DNA of 64,000 nucleotides, from the sequence record MK373774.1. One strand, written 5' to 3'. Position numbers and translations under genes: made by a program. Below the pieces are notes generated by a model, which was not told the DNA's origin, made no database searches, and saw only the letters and a list, made by a program, of their open reading frames with translations. Below, one piece after another: positions 10,604-20,211 of the stretch; the stretch's first letter is position 1; each line of letters begins with the position of its first letter. The stretch is from Escherichia phage vB_EcoM_WFL6982.

Positions 10604-10800
10604 TTCTTCACCTTTTTGTTAATCAAACGTTTACGGTATACAACTTTTTCTTTTGCTTTAAACTTTGACCGAGCTGTCTCGGCTTTAGTCCATAGTAATC
10701 CAACTTCTTTAGGTTGTAAACCAATTTTTTGAGCAATTTCTACGAATGAAAATCCCGCCTCATGTAATGTATAAACTTCAACTTCAGCTCTCATAATCAA
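10600..10800 (-). CDS. Hypothetical small basic protein, HTH-like (24.3 position)
   Basis: 66 aa; FSFVEIAQKIGLQPKEVGLLW resembles helix-turn-helix; overlaps next gene by 4 nt. Confidence 0.55.
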   Translation of the reverse strand: MIMRAEVEVYTLHEAGFSFVEIAQKIGLQPKEVGLLWTKAETARSKFKAKEKVVYRKRLINKKVKK

Positions 10801-10875
10801 TCCCGTATTATTTGGTTTGTGCCATTATATACATCAATCTCAAGATGTGTTTTGTATGCTTTAAAAACGAAGAAA

Positions 10876-10889
10876 GGGGCCGAAGCCCC
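10876..10889 (-). terminator. Hairpin ggggc-cgaa-gcccc after hoc
   Basis: Stem-loop followed by T-run on minus strand. Confidence 0.55.
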
Positions 10890-10893
10890 TTGA

Positions 10894-11388
10894 TTATGGA
10901 TATGTATAGATGATACCAGTTTCCAAAGCAGTTTTATGGATGATGTATCCATTACGTGATTCTTGAACATCAACTTCTGGATAGTCTTTCATCATCTTCT
11001 GAAGCGTATAACGATGCAAGTAATACTTACTATCTGGATCTTCAGTTTTCCAATCTTTACCTTCTTCAGTCATTTTTTGGATTTCATCCATAACCCACCA
11101 ACCGCACCAGATGTAAGCTGAAGTACGATGTGGAAGAGGATGAACATAAGGTAATTCACCTTCTGGAACTGTATTTGTTGCAACTACTTTAATAGTCTTT
11201 TGACCGGCAGGTCCTTTTAGTACATAACTAAAAGTTGCTTCAGCTCCATCTTGCGGAACATCATCTACAGACCAAGCATATGTAATAGTTCCACCTCCAG
11301 TTTCACCACCGGGAGTAGCAGTAAACTGCTTAGTCTCATCTATAACTCCAGTAGGTGTTTTAGGAGTTATATCAACTGTAAAAGCCAT
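10894..11388 (-). CDS. hoc: Hoc-like outer capsid protein, short form (one Ig-like domain + capsid-binding domain)
   Basis: 164 aa; N-terminus MAFTVDITPKTPTGVIDETKQFTATP and C-terminus YIWCGWWVMDEIQKMTEEGKDW...IIYTYP match T4 Hoc termini as recalled. Confidence 0.8.
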   Translation of the reverse strand: MAFTVDITPKTPTGVIDETKQFTATPGGETGGGTITYAWSVDDVPQDGAEATFSYVLKGPAGQKTIKVVATNTVPEGELPYVHPLPHRTSAYIWCGWWVMDEIQKMTEEGKDWKTEDPDSKYYLHRYTLQKMMKDYPEVDVQESRNGYIIHKTALETGIIYTYP

Positions 11389-11397
11389 AAGTTATCC

Positions 11398-12066
11398 TTA
11401 TTTTAATGTTACGAAAGAAGAATTACGAGTTTCACGAATTAGAACTGATCCATCGCGATTAATATAATAAATTAAGCTAAATAATGTTTGGTGAGCAGAA
11501 GCGTGCACAAAACTGGTTGGGCGAGATTTCCAATCTGGGGTTTCGGCTATCCATTGATAAATCCACCAAGGAACAGTAACATATCCTGGGCCTTTGCCTA
11601 ATTTAATGAGTGTAGGACTAAAATTTTCAGGCAGAACAAATTTTACTTCTTTATTTACCTCTGGATCAGGCTCTTTTTCAGATTCAACAACCTGAGTAAT
11701 TGCTTCTTCGAATTTATCATGGTCGAATTCTTTTTCTTGTTCGACAACTTCTAATACTTCAACTTGTTCTGTTGGAGAATCAAACAACAGAATAGCTTCT
11801 TCTTTAACTTCTTCGTTGGTGAAATTAACACCGTCCACATCATCTGCGGCAGTAATTAAATCGGTGATAGATAATCCATCGGTTTCAGGTAATGGTTCAT
11901 CAGCCAGTGCGTTAAGAGCTTCTTCGATATCAATAACAATATTATCGAATGATTTTGTTTTCTTAACACTAATGCCAAATTGTTTCGCATATTCGAACAG
12001 TTTAGCTTTGGCTTCCTTTTTATCAGAAAGAGCACGTAACTCTTCAATATAGTCTTTATCGATCAT
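11398..12066 (-). CDS. inh: Inhibitor of prohead protease Inh
   Basis: 222 aa; position after hoc as in T4. Confidence 0.75.
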   Translation of the reverse strand: MIDKDYIEELRALSDKKEAKAKLFEYAKQFGISVKKTKSFDNIVIDIEEALNALADEPLPETDGLSITDLITAADDVDGVNFTNEEVKEEAILLFDSPTEQVEVLEVVEQEKEFDHDKFEEAITQVVESEKEPDPEVNKEVKFVLPENFSPTLIKLGKGPGYVTVPWWIYQWIAETPDWKSRPTSFVHASAHQTLFSLIYYINRDGSVLIRETRNSSFVTLK

Positions 12067-12079
12067 GGTATTTCCTCAT

Positions 12080-12087
12080 TATAAATA
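12080..12087 (+). promoter_or_regulatory. Late promoter TATAAATA (uvsW)
   Basis: Exact TATAAATA 30 nt upstream of uvsW. Confidence 0.55.
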
Positions 12088-12116
12088 TAACTATATTTAT
12101 TACATGGTAATTTGAC

Positions 12117-13631
12117 ATGACTGACATTAAAGTACATTTTTATGATTTTAGTCACGTGCGCATTGAATGCGACGAAAGTACGTTTTACGAACTTCGTGAC
12201 TTTTTTAGCTTTGAAGCTGACGGGTATAAATTTAACCCAAAATATCGCTATGGGAACTGGGATGGTAGAATTCGACTTTTAGATTACAACCGTTTGTTAC
12301 CATATGGACTTGTAGGACAAATAAAAAAGTTCTGTAGCAATATGAGTTATTCTGTATGGATTGACCCTAAAATCTTTGAGACCGAAGACCTTACCAGAGA
12401 AGATTTTGACGCATGGCTTTCTAAACAAGAAATTTATTCAGGCAACGCCAAAATCGAACCACATTGGTATCAAAAAGATGCAGTATATGAAGGACTAGTT
12501 AATCGTCGTCGAATTTTAAACCTTCCGACATCAGCAGGTAAATCACTAATCCAAGCACTTTTAGCTCGATATTATCTAGAGAATTATGAAGGTAAAATTC
12601 TCATTATCGTCCCTACAACAGCATTGACAACCCAGATGGCTAATGATTTTGTTGATTATCGCTTGTTTAGTCATTCGATGATTAAGAAAATTGGCGGTGG
12701 TGCTGATAAAGCAGACAAATCTAAAAACGACGCTCCAATTATTGTTGGCACATGGCAAACAGTAGTTAAGCAGCCTAAAGAATGGTTCTCTCAGTTCGGT
12801 ATGATGATGAACGATGAATGCCACTTAGCAACAGGCAAAAGTATTTCTTCAATCATCGCAGGATTAAATAATTGTATGTTTAAATTCGGTTTATCTGGCT
12901 CATTAAGAGACGGAAAAGCCAATGTAATGCAGTACGTAGGTATGTTCGGCGAAATCTTCCGTCCTGTTAGCACGTCTAAATTAATGGAAGACGGACAGGT
13001 AACTGAGCTTAAGATTAACAGTATTTTCCTTCGTTATCCGGACGAATTCACCGTTAAATTAAAAGGTAAAACATACCAAGAAGAAGTTAAAATTATTACC
13101 GGACTAAAACGACGTACAAAGTGGATTGCTCAACTTTCAGTCAAATTGGCTAAGAAAGACGAGAACGCCTTTGTAATGTTTAAACACGTTACACATGGTA
13201 AAGAAATATTTGAAGCTATTAAAGAGCTTGGATACGAAAAAGTTTATTACGTATCGGGTGAAGTTGATACTGAAACACGTAACGCGCTTAAAGTCATGGC
13301 AGAAAATGGTAAAGGCATTATTATTGTCGCATCATATGGAGTATTCTCTACTGGTATTTCAGTCAAGAATCTTCATCATGTTATTTTCGCTCATGGTGTT
13401 AAATCAAAAATTATCGTACTTCAAACCGTAGGTCGCGTACTTCGTAAGCATGGTTCTAAAGCTGTTGCTACAGTTTGGGATCTCATCGATGACGCAGGTG
13501 TAAAACCTAAATCATTAAATACTAAAAAGAAGTATACTCATCTTAATTACTTGTTAAAACACGGTATTGATCGTATCCAACGTTACGCTGATGAGAAATT
13601 TAACTATGTAATGAAAACAATTAATTTATAA
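12117..13631 (+). CDS. uvsW: UvsW DNA/RNA helicase
   Basis: 504 aa; N-terminal domain and SF2 helicase motifs (LNLPTSAGKS Walker A, DECH box). Confidence 0.92.
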   Translation: MTDIKVHFYDFSHVRIECDESTFYELRDFFSFEADGYKFNPKYRYGNWDGRIRLLDYNRLLPYGLVGQIKKFCSNMSYSVWIDPKIFETEDLTREDFDAWLSKQEIYSGNAKIEPHWYQKDAVYEGLVNRRRILNLPTSAGKSLIQALLARYYLENYEGKILIIVPTTALTTQMANDFVDYRLFSHSMIKKIGGGADKADKSKNDAPIIVGTWQTVVKQPKEWFSQFGMMMNDECHLATGKSISSIIAGLNNCMFKFGLSGSLRDGKANVMQYVGMFGEIFRPVSTSKLMEDGQVTELKINSIFLRYPDEFTVKLKGKTYQEEVKIITGLKRRTKWIAQLSVKLAKKDENAFVMFKHVTHGKEIFEAIKELGYEKVYYVSGEVDTETRNALKVMAENGKGIIIVASYGVFSTGISVKNLHHVIFAHGVKSKIIVLQTVGRVLRKHGSKAVATVWDLIDDAGVKPKSLNTKKKYTHLNYLLKHGIDRIQRYADEKFNYVMKTINL

Positions 13632-13643
13632 GGGCTTCGGCCC
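13632..13643 (+). terminator. Hairpin gggc-ttcg-gccc between uvsW and uvsW.1 (attenuator-like)
   Basis: UUCG-loop hairpin, no T-run; RBS for uvsW.1 follows. Confidence 0.35.
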
Positions 13644-13656
13644 TTAGGAGATAAAA

Positions 13657-13890
13657 ATGGTACTTGAATTTAAACAATTTTTATACGAAGCATCTATTGA
13701 CGAATTCATGGGTAAAATTGCTAGTTGTCATACCTTAGAAGGGCTTGAAGAATTGGAAGCTTATTATAAGAAACGTATAAAAGAAACGGAATTAAAAGAT
13801 ACAGATGATATTTCTGTCAGGGATGCCTTAGCAGGTAAGCGTGCCGAACTTGAAGGCGACGATGATGAGGATGAGGAAGAAGACTTCTAA
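13657..13890 (+). CDS. uvsW.1: UvsW.1 small acidic protein
   Basis: 77 aa; acidic C-terminal tail; T4 synteny. Confidence 0.7.
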   Translation: MVLEFKQFLYEASIDEFMGKIASCHTLEGLEELEAYYKKRIKETELKDTDDISVRDALAGKRAELEGDDDEDEEEDF

Positions 13891-13898
13891 TTAAAAAA

Positions 13899-13921
13899 AG
13901 GCCCTTCCAAAAAGGTCGGGC
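13899..13921. terminator. Hairpin ggccc...gggcc between convergent uvsW.1 and uvsY.-2
   Basis: Inverted repeat in A-rich context. Confidence 0.4.
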
Positions 13922-13947
13922 CAAAACCATAGGCAAAAAAGGTAACA

Positions 13948-14115
13948 CTATAGTAAAAGTTTGGTTTCGTTCAATTGCTCTTCTGAACTTTCTGAAACCG
14001 GCATTTGTTGGACATAATTATAACAAGGCCCAGGATGTGCTGGACCTTTGTCTGTTTCAACAACCAATACAGAATCGATTGGAGTTTTACAGACAACACA
14101 AATCTTATCTGACAT
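13948..14115 (-). CDS. Hypothetical zinc-ribbon-like protein (uvsY.-2 position)
   Basis: Start moved to internal ATG with AAGGAG RBS; CVVC...C motif; minus-strand TATAAATA upstream. Confidence 0.5.
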   Translation of the reverse strand: MSDKICVVCKTPIDSVLVVETDKGPAHPGPCYNYVQQMPVSESSEEQLNETKLLL

Positions 14116-14140
14116 GATTGTCTCCTTTTGAATATAGTAA

Positions 14141-14148
14141 TATTTATA
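14141..14148 (-). promoter_or_regulatory. Late promoter TATAAATA (minus strand)
   Basis: Plus-strand tatttata is TATAAATA on minus strand. Confidence 0.45.
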
Positions 14149-14238
14149 AACCCATTTTAATCCGCATTTCTTGTACACGGATTAAGCAAGCTTCCATCTC
14201 TGCTAATAGTCGAAATACTTCTTTATAATCTGTCATAT

Positions 14239-14466
14239 TTACCCCATATCTCTCATATGCATATCAATGCCCATATCTTTTGTATAAAAATACTCGTCGA
14301 TGTACCCAGCAAACTTCCCTTTAATATAAAGGACGTCTTCACCACAGGGGTGGTCTGCCAGGATACGAATATCCTGACGTCGTAGACGATACTTTTCCAT
14401 TAAGAATTTAATTTCAGTTTCAAATTCTTCATCATTATTAAAGGCATCTTCAATTGAATAACGCAT
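14239..14466 (-). CDS. Hypothetical protein (uvsY.-1 position)
   Basis: 75 aa ORF immediately downstream of uvsY. Confidence 0.55.
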   Translation of the reverse strand: MRYSIEDAFNNDEEFETEIKFLMEKYRLRRQDIRILADHPCGEDVLYIKGKFAGYIDEYFYTKDMGIDMHMRDMG

Positions 14467-14879
14467 TATTGTCCCGCTTCAAATTCTCGCATATCTTGAA
14501 TATGTTTAAGTGCAAAACTACGAGACTTGACTGCATCAAGTGCACCACTACAGAACTCAAGTAAAATTCCCCAGTATTGTAAAGTAGTCTCTATTTTAAG
14601 CACATCTTTATCTGCGGCCAGGACAGTTTTCATTTCAGATTTCTCATATCGGTCCATACTGAATTCATCACCGTCACCTCGTCCCGAGTAGTAGTCTAAT
14701 CTTGCTTTTAGAGCAGTTTTCTTCTGAGTCTCTATACGCAACATTTCTTTACGAATAAATGAGTGCTTACGTAGCCATTTGCTGTATAACTTAACATTAT
14801 TCGCCGTCTCGTATTGCAACTTTGTCGTATCAATAGCTAAGTCTGCGTCTAACTCTTCCTGTAAATCTTCCAGCTTCAT
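14466..14879 (-). CDS. uvsY: UvsY recombination mediator
   Basis: 137 aa from internal ATG (MKLEDLQEEL...); matches T4 UvsY length and sequence; ORF-track N-terminal extension rejected. Confidence 0.88.
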   Translation of the reverse strand: MKLEDLQEELDADLAIDTTKLQYETANNVKLYSKWLRKHSFIRKEMLRIETQKKTALKARLDYYSGRGDGDEFSMDRYEKSEMKTVLAADKDVLKIETTLQYWGILLEFCSGALDAVKSRSFALKHIQDMREFEAGQ

Positions 14880-14959
14880 AATGTTCTCTCTTTTAACTAA
14901 TAATCTCCCGGCTGTATCGGAAGGACCTAAAACCATTATACATAGGTTGCCTTGAAGCA

Positions 14960-15358
14960 TTACACTCTATTGCTTGAAGCCAACTGAAGTTTAATTTGTT
15001 CAATATCGTCAGGGTTGTCTACGACCGAAAATCTAATCTCTACTATAACCGTATAGTCATCATATACTGGCGTTACACTTACAGAAAGTTTGTCGATGCG
15101 TGGCTCATAGTTACGAACAGCTGCCTGGATATTACGCTCAATCGTATCGGCTGTAAGTGGTGTCATGTTCTCGAAAAGTTCATCGACCAAATCACATCCA
15201 AATTCAGGGTCGAAGGGGCGTGAGCCTTTTCTAGTTGTCACTATGCCAAGAAGACTATTTTTAATAGAACGAAGTCCTACAGAACGAGCAACGTCCTTGT
15301 TCCAATCCATACGCATTTCTGGGTCGATATCTGAATAAAGTTTATTGATATTAGACAT
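14960..15358 (-). CDS. 25: Baseplate wedge protein gp25
   Basis: 132 aa, T4 gp25 length and N-terminus. Confidence 0.9.
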   Translation of the reverse strand: MSNINKLYSDIDPEMRMDWNKDVARSVGLRSIKNSLLGIVTTRKGSRPFDPEFGCDLVDELFENMTPLTADTIERNIQAAVRNYEPRIDKLSVSVTPVYDDYTVIVEIRFSVVDNPDDIEQIKLQLASSNRV

Positions 15359-15984
15359 TATAGTAACTCAAAGAATTCTTTGAGGCCTCGTATTGTGTGA
15401 ACGTGTGACGCCCCACATTTGGGACATTTAATAGGGGTTGCTAGATAAATTGACGGTGATACTAAAAGATTTTTAATATTGATCATGTCATCTTCCGTTA
15501 TAAGGCCATAAAGGTCGTTTATTTCTGCTTCAGTTAAATCTTCAACAGGGATGGACTCTCCATTGACAAAAACGGCCTCAATACATGAAGCAATCATTAA
15601 TGCGATATTTTTATCGTCAAATAATTTAGGTTGACGGAACTTAATTTTAATACCACTGAACGAATACCAGGGATCGGCCTGTTCATCTAATTGAGTGTGC
15701 AATAAATTCATATAGACTTGAAATGAATGCCCACAGGAACAATTCCAGGTGTGTTCTTGATTCACTTCACCTAATGAATGGGCCCACAGATTTACCAACA
15801 ATAACTCGGCTTCTTGTTTAGTCAAGTTTTTAGCGTTAGAACAATTAGTGATAATATTGTTCACTGCGGATTCAATAGTACCGGTAGCCCGCGCACCTAT
15901 GAGTCCTAAATATTCTTTTAAAGTAAAGGCTCTACAATTCACTTCTTTATCGCCTAAACGTACGGTAAACGTATATTTGTACAT
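15358..15984 (-). CDS. 26: Baseplate hub protein gp26
   Basis: 208 aa; coupled to gene 25 (1-nt overlap). Confidence 0.85.
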   Translation of the reverse strand: MYKYTFTVRLGDKEVNCRAFTLKEYLGLIGARATGTIESAVNNIITNCSNAKNLTKQEAELLLVNLWAHSLGEVNQEHTWNCSCGHSFQVYMNLLHTQLDEQADPWYSFSGIKIKFRQPKLFDDKNIALMIASCIEAVFVNGESIPVEDLTEAEINDLYGLITEDDMINIKNLLVSPSIYLATPIKCPKCGASHVHTIRGLKEFFELL

Positions 15985-16002
15985 GTTAACTCCTTTATTG
16001 TG

Positions 16003-16014
16003 TATTTATAAATA
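16003..16014. promoter_or_regulatory. Palindromic bidirectional late promoter TATTTATAAATA (genes 26 and 51)
   Basis: 12-nt palindrome giving TATAAATA on both strands between divergent late genes. Confidence 0.55.
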
Positions 16015-16031
16015 ATAGAAAAGGAGTAATT

Positions 16032-16784
16032 ATGGCTAATATAATTCGTTGTAAATTACCGGATGGTGTTCATCGTTTTAAGCCGTTCACCGTGGCGGAT
16101 TATAGAGACTTTTTACTAGTTAGAAATGATATCGAACATCGTTCGCCACAAGAACAAAAAGAAATAATTGCCGATCTGATTGATGATTATTTTGGCGAGT
16201 ACCCTAAAACATGGCAACCATTTATATTCCTGCAAGTTTTTGCAGGCTCTATAGGCAAAACAAAAGTTCCCGTTATTTTCACTTGCCCTAAATGCTCTAA
16301 AGAAAAAACTGCGCCATTTGAGATATATCAAAAAGAACTAGTCGAACCTGAACTTGATGTTGCTGGTATAAAAATACGTTTTTCTTTCCCTGAAAAGTTT
16401 TATGACAACAAAGCATTAATGATAAGTGAAAACATAAAAGAAATATATTATAATGATGAATGGTACCCATGGAATGATTTGACTGAAGAGAACCAAATCC
16501 AAGTAATAGAAGCAATAGACATTGACTCACTCGAGAAGGTTATTGCTTCTATGAACCCTATTAATTTGACCCTTAGATTAGGTTGTTGTGAACGTCATGT
16601 TAAAACATATACTGATATCTTAGAGGTTTTTAAATTGTTAGTTAACCCTGATGAGATTTTTACATTCTATCAGATAAACCATTCACTAGTAAAGAGTCAA
16701 TACACATTGGATTCTATTATGCAAATGATTCCTGTTGAACGTGGTATTGCTTTAACATTAGTAGAAAAGGACCATAAAAAATGA
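16032..16784 (+). CDS. 51: Baseplate hub assembly protein gp51
   Basis: 250 aa; T4 synteny. Confidence 0.85.
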   Translation: MANIIRCKLPDGVHRFKPFTVADYRDFLLVRNDIEHRSPQEQKEIIADLIDDYFGEYPKTWQPFIFLQVFAGSIGKTKVPVIFTCPKCSKEKTAPFEIYQKELVEPELDVAGIKIRFSFPEKFYDNKALMISENIKEIYYNDEWYPWNDLTEENQIQVIEAIDIDSLEKVIASMNPINLTLRLGCCERHVKTYTDILEVFKLLVNPDEIFTFYQINHSLVKSQYTLDSIMQMIPVERGIALTLVEKDHKK

Positions 16785-17953
16785 CAGTATTCCAACGTCC
16801 AGGATATCCTAACTTAAGCGTTAAATTATACCAAGATTATTCAGCTTGGCAAGAAAATAGATACGTTGAACTCGCGGCAACAATAACAACTTTAACCATG
16901 CGAGATTCGTTATATGGAAGAAATGAAGGGATTCTTCAATTTTATGACACTAAAAACATCCACACTAAAATGGATGGTAGACAGATAGTCCAAATCTCTG
17001 TTTCAAATTCAAACACACCTCTCCAAGTTAGAACTCGAATTTACGGATGCAGACATTATTCTGTGTCTGTGGACTCAAAAGGTGACAATATTATTGCAAT
17101 TGAGCTTGGAACAATACATTCTATAGAGAACCTTAAATTTGGGCGTCCATTCTTCCCGGATGCAGGCGAATCTATACGTGAAATGTTAGGTGTCATATAC
17201 AAAGACCGTGCGTTAATTACTCCGCCAATAAACACTATTAATGCTTATGTTCCTGATATCCCTTGGACAAGCACATTTGATGATTATTTGGCATATGTCA
17301 GAGAATTAGGACTTGCTACAGCGAGTGATAAGTTCGTATTCGTATGGCAAGATATTTTAGGCGTAAACATGATTGACTACGATACTCTTATTGGTCAGGA
17401 AGGCATTAAGATGATTGTAGGTGAGCCAAATACTGTAGGTCAGTATATTCAAGAGCTTGAGTATCCATTAGTATGGGATTTTACCTGGATGACTAAAGCC
17501 AACCAATTTACAAGAGACCCTATTAAAAACGCCACGATATTCGCTCATTCATTTTTAGATACATCTATTCCGGTTATTGTTACAGGCGATGGTGATAATG
17601 CTATTCTTGTGTCAAGATCCGGTGGATATTCCGAAATGACCTATCGTAATGGATTTGAAGAAGCAAGTCGTCTTCAGACAATGGCTCAATATGACGGATA
17701 TGCTAAATGCACTACTACAGGCAATTTTAACATAACGCCTGCTACTAAAATTATATTTGTTGACCAAAAGAACCAATTCAAATCCGAATTTTACGTAGAT
17801 GAAGTTATTCATGAGTTATCAAATAACAACTCACAAACTCATCTGTACATGTTTACCAACTCAATGGTGTTAGAACCTGTTAACCCAGTTAAGGTTAAAA
17901 ATGAACTTAAATCTGATTCTACCTCTAAAGAAAATAATTCTACCACAGTCTAA
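16781..17953 (+). CDS. 27: Baseplate hub protein gp27
   Basis: 390 aa; T4 synteny. Confidence 0.9.
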   Translation: MTVFQRPGYPNLSVKLYQDYSAWQENRYVELAATITTLTMRDSLYGRNEGILQFYDTKNIHTKMDGRQIVQISVSNSNTPLQVRTRIYGCRHYSVSVDSKGDNIIAIELGTIHSIENLKFGRPFFPDAGESIREMLGVIYKDRALITPPINTINAYVPDIPWTSTFDDYLAYVRELGLATASDKFVFVWQDILGVNMIDYDTLIGQEGIKMIVGEPNTVGQYIQELEYPLVWDFTWMTKANQFTRDPIKNATIFAHSFLDTSIPVIVTGDGDNAILVSRSGGYSEMTYRNGFEEASRLQTMAQYDGYAKCTTTGNFNITPATKIIFVDQKNQFKSEFYVDEVIHELSNNNSQTHLYMFTNSMVLEPVNPVKVKNELKSDSTSKENNSTTV

Positions 17954-18434
17954 TAAAAAGGTAATGATTCCTAAATTAGGGCTCAAACATTATAATCTTT
18001 TAAAGGACGTTAAAGGCCCTGATGAAAACATGAAAATCTTAGCTGATTCTATTTGTAAAAATATGAGTCCCGCAGATTTTGATTTTGCATGTCTACACAT
18101 ATTGGAATTTAATAACAAACTTAAGTCTGAAGTTGAAAAAGATGGATTCACTTATAAACTAGATGACGTCTATGTATGCCAACGAACAGAATTCCAATTC
18201 CAAGGTAATACTTTTTATTTTAGACCCCCAGGCAAATTTGAACAATTCGCTACAATCAGTGAAATGCTATCAAATTGCTTAATAAAAGTTAATGACGAAG
18301 AGAAAGAAATTTCTTTCCTTGAGATGCCTGCTTTTGTAATCAAATGGGCAGAAGACCTTTCGACAACTATTGCTATTCCAGGCCCTAATGGTCCTATTAA
18401 GGGTATAGCAGAAATTATTGGATTGCTTGAATGA
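17901..18434 (+). CDS. 28: Baseplate hub distal protein gp28
   Basis: 177 aa (T4 length); overlaps gene 27 end by 53 nt; alternative start at 17964 possible. Confidence 0.75.
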   Translation: MNLNLILPLKKIILPQSNKKVMIPKLGLKHYNLLKDVKGPDENMKILADSICKNMSPADFDFACLHILEFNNKLKSEVEKDGFTYKLDDVYVCQRTEFQFQGNTFYFRPPGKFEQFATISEMLSNCLIKVNDEEKEISFLEMPAFVIKWAEDLSTTIAIPGPNGPIKGIAEIIGLLE

Positions 18435-20203
18435 AACCTGAAGAAATGAAATCCATGCGTAGAAATAAGGTCATTGCCGATAATAAACCACAAAAAGTAG
18501 CTGCAACAGCAGCTACCGATTCATTAGAAGCATTGAATGACATTTCATCAAAACTAGACGATGTCCAAGCCGCGTCTGAACTCACATCACAAAGTGTAGA
18601 AGATAAAGGCAATGGAATTATTGAATCAATTGGAGACTTAAAGAATTCGACAGATAATACTGCTGAAGGCACAGAGCTTATCGCAGAAGTTATTGAAAAA
18701 CAAACTGAAGTCACTAAAAGTATAAACGAAGTTTCTAGTGCAATAAGCTCTAAGTTAGACCGATTAGCTACATTATTAGAGCAAAAATTACAAACATCTA
18801 CCGCTATTCAAAATACAGGAGGCACCTCTCTTGAAGTAATTGAGAACGCAATACCTGTTAAAGTTGTTGAGAATGAAACTTCTGATGAGCTGTTTAAAGC
18901 ATTCCCTACACCTGAAAAGATTGATAATAAGCCAGACGAAGATTTCTTCCCAGCACCGGTTCAAGAAAGTGCTAATTCTACTTCTGATTCTAAAGGCGGA
19001 ATTAGCTTTAAATTGAGCGATAAAATTGCAATGCTCACCAAAACAGTTCAAGCCGGGTTTAATAAATCAATATCAATTTCAGACAGAATTGCTGGAATGC
19101 TTTTCAAATACACTATAACGGCTGCTATTGAAGCAGCAAAAATGGCCGCACTTATTCTTGGTATTGTTATCGGTATTGATTTATTGATAGTCCATTTCAA
19201 ATATTGGACAGACAAGTTCACTTCTGCCTGGGATTTATTTGATGAAAACTTTACTAAATTCTCTGATGAAGCTAAAGAGTGGGGTAAATTCTTAAGTGAT
19301 ATATTCACTTCTATTGACTCTATAAAACAATTGTGGGAAGCTGGAGACTGGGGTGGTTTAACCGTTGCTATTGTCAAAGGTGTAGGAACAGCATTAATGA
19401 ACTTAGGTGAACTAATTCAATTAGGAATGGCTAAACTCTCTGCGTCTATATTGCGTGCTATAGGTTTTGGCGATACCGCGGACGAAATAGAAGGACGTGC
19501 TTTAGAAGGATTCCAAGAAACTACTGGGAACAAATTAAAGAAAGAAGACCAAGAGAAAGTCGCTAAATATCAAATGAAACGTGACGATGGGGAATTAGGA
19601 ACCGTTTCTAAAGGTCTTGATATGTTACAACGCGGCAAAACATTCGTTACTAACTGGGTTCGTGGTAATGACAATAAAGAAGAGTTTAGTACAAGCGATG
19701 AGCGTGCTGCGGAATCAGCAAAATTAAAAGAGTTACCTGAAGAGGAGCGTAAAGAGGCGTATATAAAAGCTAATGAAACTCGTGCGGCACTGGTTAGATT
19801 TGAGGATTATATCGATAAAATCGATATGACTAACCCAGAAAATGCTAAAAACGTCGAGAAGTCTTATGCTGATTTAAGTAAACTTATTAAAGACCCTGAA
19901 CTTAATAAAACTCCTGCTGTTAAAAAGGAAATAGATGCTAGATTTGAAAAGCTAAATAATAAAATGGCTGAAGCCAAAAAGGCTCAGACAACAGTTAAGC
20001 CTGAATCTTCGTCTAAATCTCCGGAAGCAAAACAAGTTCAGTCAATAGAGAAAGGACGTGCTTCTGAATCTAAACAACAGCAACCGGTAGCGGCGATTAG
20101 TAACACAAATAATGTCGTCAAAAAGAATACCGTAGTCCAGAATATGACCCCTGTAACAAGTACAACGGCTCCTGGAATTTTCCATGCCACCGGTGTTAAT
20201 TAA
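18431..20203 (+). CDS. 29: Baseplate hub / tail length determinator gp29
   Basis: 590 aa; T4 gp29 length. Confidence 0.88.
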   Translation: MKPEEMKSMRRNKVIADNKPQKVAATAATDSLEALNDISSKLDDVQAASELTSQSVEDKGNGIIESIGDLKNSTDNTAEGTELIAEVIEKQTEVTKSINEVSSAISSKLDRLATLLEQKLQTSTAIQNTGGTSLEVIENAIPVKVVENETSDELFKAFPTPEKIDNKPDEDFFPAPVQESANSTSDSKGGISFKLSDKIAMLTKTVQAGFNKSISISDRIAGMLFKYTITAAIEAAKMAALILGIVIGIDLLIVHFKYWTDKFTSAWDLFDENFTKFSDEAKEWGKFLSDIFTSIDSIKQLWEAGDWGGLTVAIVKGVGTALMNLGELIQLGMAKLSASILRAIGFGDTADEIEGRALEGFQETTGNKLKKEDQEKVAKYQMKRDDGELGTVSKGLDMLQRGKTFVTNWVRGNDNKEEFSTSDERAAESAKLKELPEEERKEAYIKANETRAALVRFEDYIDKIDMTNPENAKNVEKSYADLSKLIKDPELNKTPAVKKEIDARFEKLNNKMAEAKKAQTTVKPESSSKSPEAKQVQSIEKGRASESKQQQPVAAISNTNNVVKKNTVVQNMTPVTSTTAPGIFHATGVN

Positions 20204-20211
20204 GGATTATT

